The notes under the pieces are model-generated. The model worked only from the letters and a program-made list of their open reading frames with translations, did no database searches and was not told the DNA's origin. The position numbers were made by a program, and so were the translations under genes. Positions 26,260-29,398 of a stretch of 29,398 bases of DNA are shown here, piece by piece. Source of the DNA: a virus (Duplodnaviria > Caudoviricetes); the IMG/VR virus record IMGVR_UViG_3300042511_000202, positions 1-29,398 of that record. One strand, written 5' to 3'. Positions within the stretch are counted from its first letter, which is position 1. Every line of letters starts with the position of its first letter.

Positions 26260-27045
26260 TTATTTTGATAGTTTTCTAAACATGTCTGATAATTTTTGTT
26301 GTTCCTGAGTGGCAAGAATGAATTGCTTTTTGTTATCCTCAAGATTTTTTAGAAATGATTTATGATTATAATTACATCCTTCTGTTCTTCTAAAATTAAC
26401 ATATTCAGAACAAACATAACGATTCTCAAATCTATTCATTCTTGGAATAAACTTCAAAACATCTGTAATACCATTTACTATAGATAGATTTGACTCTTCA
26501 TCTTGAATAACAAATTCTCCATTTTTGATAGTTTTAGTTATATCACCTGCACTACTAACTCTTCCATTAGATAGAATACCAGCAAGGATACTAATTTCTA
26601 TATCATATATCTGAAAGTATTTATTCAGCTTTATATAATCAGGTTTCAATGAAGCCCATGCTACTACATAATCTTGCATAGTCCATGATTTAGATGATGA
26701 GTTTAATAATGCAATCTTCTCTACTAGATCTTGCTTATCTTTAACATCAATTACTACATAAGGAATTTCCCAACCAAGTCTCAACAATGCATTAAATAAA
26801 TGCTGACCATCTAATATATAATGTCCTTTTGTACCATTAAGAAAGTCAATCTCACATACTATAACAGGTCTAACATTACCCATTTTCATAAGTGAATTAC
26901 ATAACTTTGTTACTTGTGAAGGATTAATTGGTCTATTGATACCAGCTAAATAACTTAATTTAACTTTAGATGATTCAGTAATCCATCCTAATTTCTTTAA
27001 TAAGAATTGTAAACGATTCTTTAATTCTGCTAATTTTTTGTTCAT
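26260..27045 (-). CDS. ParB/Srx-like N-terminal domain protein
   Basis: INRPINPSQVTKL...PVIV...ILDGQHLFNA...LN...KSW. Confidence 0.75.
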   Translation of the reverse strand: MNKKLAELKNRLQFLLKKLGWITESSKVKLSYLAGINRPINPSQVTKLCNSLMKMGNVRPVIVCEIDFLNGTKGHYILDGQHLFNALLRLGWEIPYVVIDVKDKQDLVEKIALLNSSSKSWTMQDYVVAWASLKPDYIKLNKYFQIYDIEISILAGILSNGRVSSAGDITKTIKNGEFVIQDEESNLSIVNGITDVLKFIPRMNRFENRYVCSEYVNFRRTEGCNYNHKSFLKNLEDNKKQFILATQEQQKLSDMFRKLSK

Positions 27046-27074
27046 GATTTCTAAGTGTTTAATTGATTTCTAGT

Positions 27075-27212
27075 TTATTTCTTAAAATAGCATTTTGAAT
27101 GACTATTTGAATAGGTTCTTGAACTACATGAGCTTAATGCTGATAATAGTCCCATTGCAAGTATAAATAATATTATATACATGCTTAAATTTCTTTCTGT
27201 GTTTTCTGACAT
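27075..27212 (-). CDS. very small putative lipoprotein (45 aa)
   Basis: MSENTERNLSMYIILFILAMGLLSALSS-CSSRTYSNSHSKCYFKK; hydrophobic core then lipobox LSSC. Confidence 0.65.
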   Translation of the reverse strand: MSENTERNLSMYIILFILAMGLLSALSSCSSRTYSNSHSKCYFKK

Positions 27213-27230
27213 GATTTCTTTGTTTAATAA

Positions 27231-27404
27231 TTAGTCCCAATTAGAATCGTATGGATATATATCATCATTCATTGCTTGATTTTCTTCTATCTCAGCAATA
27301 AGCTCGACTATATTTAATAGATGACCAAGTGTAAGAACATGTCCTTCACCATTCTTTTTTATTGATTTAGTTAATACATTAATTAATATGGTTGTTGTAT
27401 CCAT
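27231..27404 (-). CDS. hypothetical protein (57 aa)
   Basis: MDTTTILINVLTKSIKKNGEGHVLTLGHLLNIVELIAEIEENQAMNDDIYPYDSNWD; TAGAAATC-ATG start motif. Confidence 0.65.
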   Translation of the reverse strand: MDTTTILINVLTKSIKKNGEGHVLTLGHLLNIVELIAEIEENQAMNDDIYPYDSNWD

Positions 27405-27424
27405 GATTTCTATGATTAAATTGT

Positions 27425-27470
27425 GAGAGCAGTTTTATAGACATGCTTAGGTCCAGCCCTTGGCAGAGCA
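27425..27470 (-). ncRNA. intergenic hairpin plus compact H-type pseudoknot
   Basis: GCTCT-GCCA-AGGGC, then GGAC-CTAAGCAT-GTCT-ATAAAAC-TGCT with loop AGCA pairing to downstream TGCT; GC-rich island in an AT-rich spacer. Confidence 0.5.
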
Positions 27471-27476
27471 ATATTA

Positions 27477-27701
27477 TTATCTTGTCACTCTATCTAAATG
27501 AAATTGATGTTTAACATAATATTCTCTAGCTGGAAATATTGCTATCCACCAGCCAATAAGAATGGAATATATACATTGCCATCCATCATTATGGAGAACA
27601 TTTAAATAGTTATATCCAAAGATAAAACCAACGAATGATAGCATCATAAAGACGCTAATAAATGAAGCTATATATATAGCTATAAGGATTAATACTTTCA
27701 T
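27477..27701 (-). CDS. two-helix membrane protein (74 aa)
   Basis: Two hydrophobic segments. Confidence 0.7.
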   Translation of the reverse strand: MKVLILIAIYIASFISVFMMLSFVGFIFGYNYLNVLHNDGWQCIYSILIGWWIAIFPAREYYVKHQFHLDRVTR

Positions 27702-27724
27702 AATTTGATTGATTGATTAAATTG

Positions 27725-27913
27725 TTAGTGTTCAATGTGTTTATATTTCTTACCATTAGTTTTACCAGCTTTAATTCTTCTGGCTAAACGAGAGTTTTCA
27801 CCTACGTAACTTAAATATGTACCATTAACAACATTTAATTCTTTAGGTATAGATGCAATCTGACTCTCAAATGTCTCATTGAGAGTTAATTCTTTTGTGA
27901 TTTTCTGTTTCAT
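27725..27913 (-). CDS. small basic hypothetical protein (62 aa)
   Basis: First ORF after the long non-coding leader; TAGAAAACAT-ATG start motif. Confidence 0.65.
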   Translation of the reverse strand: MKQKITKELTLNETFESQIASIPKELNVVNGTYLSYVGENSRLARRIKAGKTNGKKYKHIEH

Positions 27914-28011
27914 ATGTTTTCTATGTTTAAATTGATTTGTGTTTTACACCTAAAACTTTGATATACTATATTGTTTTAAAACAATCTTTAATAGCTTCAA
28001 AGAAACTGGTG

Positions 28012-28036
28012 CCCTCAACAACTTGGGAAGTTATTA
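28012..28036 (-). ncRNA. collapsed twister-like core (unit C)
   Basis: T-AATA-AC-TTCCCAA-GT-TGTT-GAGGG: keeps TCCCAAG, GAGGG and P2/T2-like pairing; lacks P4, P5 and a correctly placed UAA. Confidence 0.45.
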
Positions 28037-28080
28037 AGTTTTTTATGATGTCTAGCCATCCTGTTATACTAGAATTAATT

Positions 28081-28307
28081 CCCTCTGTATTCAGTTGTAA
28101 CAAGGCTACATATTACCTTGCTTAGGGATTAATGTTTACATTACAACTGCTCACCCTTGGGAGACTAATTACTGACCTTTTACTTACCACCTCAGTGCTG
28201 TTCAATTGGTAATCAGTGTAGTTTCACATCTTAACATATTTGTTTTTGTGTACCAACTTTCGTTGTTAATTAAGAAGTCTTTATATCTACGTGAGAATGA
28301 TACATTA
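28081..28307 (-). ncRNA. twister-ribozyme-like unit A (227 nt)
   Basis: TAA-TGTA-TC-ATT-CTCAC-[128 nt]-TCCCAA-GG-GTGAG-CAGTTGTAA-[40 nt]-TTACAACTG-AA-TACA-GAGGG. Confidence 0.6.
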
Positions 28308-28483
28308 CCCTCTGTATTCAATTGTAATAGTAGGAACTTTGTTTTATGGTCCATGTTGTGCACACATTTTCCAACCTTACTTCTTGTTACCACAGTGTTG
28401 TAAGTTATTCAGCGATATGCCTATTTACCTATTCTGTAGTATATTACAATTGCTAGTCCTTGGGAAACTAGAATGATACATTA
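28308..28483 (-). ncRNA. twister-ribozyme-like unit B (176 nt)
   Basis: TAA-TGTA-TC-ATT-CTAGT-T-TCCCAA-GG-ACTAG-CAATTGTAATA-[112 nt]-TATTACAATTG-AA-TACA-GAGGG; matches the twister order UAA/P2/T2/P4/UCCCAA/T2/P4/P5/P2/GAGGG. Confidence 0.7.
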
Positions 28484-28519
28484 AGATGTTCTGTTAACCC
28501 ACAGTCCATTAAACAAGGG

Positions 28520-28541
28520 ATTTCTAACAACCGTTAGAAAT
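28520..28541. other. perfect 9-bp hairpin at the predicted transcript 5' end
   Basis: ATTTCTAAC-AACC-GTTAGAAAT, flanked by direct repeats ATTAAACAA (28508-28516, 28546-28554). Confidence 0.55.
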
Positions 28542-28551
28542 GTGTATTAAA

Positions 28552-28580
28552 CAAATGTAATAAAAAGGATACTTCAACAA
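28552..28580 (-). promoter_or_regulatory. probable promoter driving the ribozyme-like leader
   Basis: TTG (28578-28580), 18-nt spacer, TACATTTG (28552-28559), in non-coding DNA. Confidence 0.5.
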
Positions 28581-28664
28581 TGTATATTATGTCTATTCCT
28601 ACCTTTCTTTTATGTGTTACCTATTCAGGTATTACAAATGTTTGTATTAAGCGAGAACAAGTCT

Positions 28665-28859
28665 CTAATTAAATAGTTCATCAATACTAACACCAGACAA
28701 GACATATAAATCTCGTTCTATATCCATTAATAAACATTCATATAAATCATAAGAAACAAGATCATTATTATATGCTTCTATAAGACTATACTTCCTATTA
28801 ATAAGAAGTTCTATTGCAAATCTAGTAGTTTGTTCTATCATTCTTTCTCTTGGACTCAT
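28665..28859 (-). CDS. hypothetical protein (64 aa)
   Basis: TAGAAAGCA-ATG start context; protein-like composition. Confidence 0.6.
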   Translation of the reverse strand: MSPRERMIEQTTRFAIELLINRKYSLIEAYNNDLVSYDLYECLLMDIERDLYVLSGVSIDELFN

Positions 28860-29032
28860 TGCTTTCTATGTATTAATGCTATATAAATGTATTGAATACC
28901 ATATTCAACACTTGTTGTATTAGACACCTTTATAGCTTGAGGGTCTATTCATCATCATTTAAACGCACAAAAAGTTTATTTCATAGCCGTAAAAACTTTT
29001 TATTCCTTATATATATGTAGAGTTTTTGATTA

Positions 29033-29055
29033 CCCACCCAATAAAACTCCCACCC
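29033..29055 (-). other. G-quadruplex-forming motif
   Basis: GGG-T-GGG-AGTTTTATT-GGG-T-GGG on the minus strand, intergenic. Confidence 0.5.
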
Positions 29056-29065
29056 TATATATAAT

Positions 29066-29090
29066 AACAATAGCAAGCCCTGTTAAGGGC
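29066..29090 (-). terminator. possible terminator
   Basis: GCCCT-TAAC-AGGGC followed by an interrupted U-rich tail, 18 nt after a stop codon. Confidence 0.45.
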
Positions 29091-29108
29091 CCACTATTAT
29101 GTTTGTTA

Positions 29109-29398
29109 TTATAATGCAATAAGGTCTTCGAAGTTGATTGCTCTGCTTGCAAGTTCTCTCTTTAGCATTTCGTCTGTAACAGTAGTACGTGTGCTACTCA
29201 TGTCTGTTGCACCTGTGAAGCTAATAGAATAAAGAACAAGAGGAATCATTTCTCCTGTTTCTGGGTCTGCCACCATAATAGGTTCGCCAAAATTAGGACT
29301 GTTTTCATTACGCTCTACTTGAGGTAATTCTAAAATTGGTAAAGAACCAAGTTCAGCAAGTCTTTCTTTAAGCTCTGCTGTTGTAGATGATTCACGCA
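29109..29398 (-). CDS. hypothetical protein, 5' end outside the window
   Basis: Open frame ...RESSTTAELKERLAELGSLPILELPQVERNENSPNFGEPIMVADPETGEMIPLVLYSISFTGATDMSSTRTTVTDEMLKRELASRAINFEDLIAL-stop. Confidence 0.7.
   Translation of the reverse strand, partial: RESSTTAELKERLAELGSLPILELPQVERNENSPNFGEPIMVADPETGEMIPLVLYSISFTGATDMSSTRTTVTDEMLKRELASRAINFEDLIAL

Noticed and set aside
28200-28265. Hammerhead ribozyme inside the unit A insert (GAAAC and CUGAUUA seen)
   Set aside because: The core should be CUGAnGA-stem-GAAA; here it is CUGAUUA and the stems do not connect in the required order.
27937-28476. ORFs 27937-28125 (+), 28202-28393 (-), 28206-28403 (+) and 28291-28476 (+)
   Set aside because: Mutually overlapping, poor start contexts, and coincident with covarying RNA structure; better explained as non-coding.
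28081-28483. CRISPR array or transposon terminal inverted repeats as the explanation for the repeats
   Set aside because: Only two full units, conserved blocks split by inserts of very unequal length, compensatory base changes, and no cas or transposase gene in the window.
24806-28824. TAGATTTG matches near 24806 and 28817
   Set aside because: They lie inside the tmRNA and a CDS respectively; such matches are expected by chance in AT-rich DNA.
1-29398. Stop-codon reassignment as in some crAss-like phages
   Set aside because: Long genes are intact under code 11, and TAG and TGA occur at sensible gene ends followed by terminators or coupled starts. Genes outside the window cannot be judged.

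Overview
AT-rich, densely packed fragment of a double-stranded DNA phage genome. Essentially every real gene is on the minus strand. The host is very probably a Bacteroidota bacterium: there are repeated TAnnTTTG (-7) / TTG (-33) promoter matches, A-rich start regions without Shine-Dalgarno sequences, and a crAss-like/Flavobacterium-phage type replication gene set. Positions 1-19.1 kb hold the replication, repair and recombination module: Exo VIII-like nuclease, HNH, rIIB, rIIA, UDG, DUF932-like protein, primase, probable SSB, AAA ATPase, SF2 helicase-like protein, DnaB-like helicase, replication-initiator-like protein, family B DNA polymerase and a free-standing LAGLIDADG endonuclease. Positions 19.2-29.4 kb are an accessory or early region of small ORFs that is unusually rich in structured non-coding RNA. 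It contains two head-to-tail twister-ribozyme-like units with covarying stems and large inserts plus a collapsed third core (28.0-28.5 kb), two tRNA-shaped elements with shared acceptor/T arms but replaced anticodon regions flanking a small membrane ORF (21.9-22.2 kb), a tmRNA with a 33-residue tag, a compact H-type pseudoknot and a G-quadruplex motif. Protein calls come from motifs read by eye; no database search or folding program was run.
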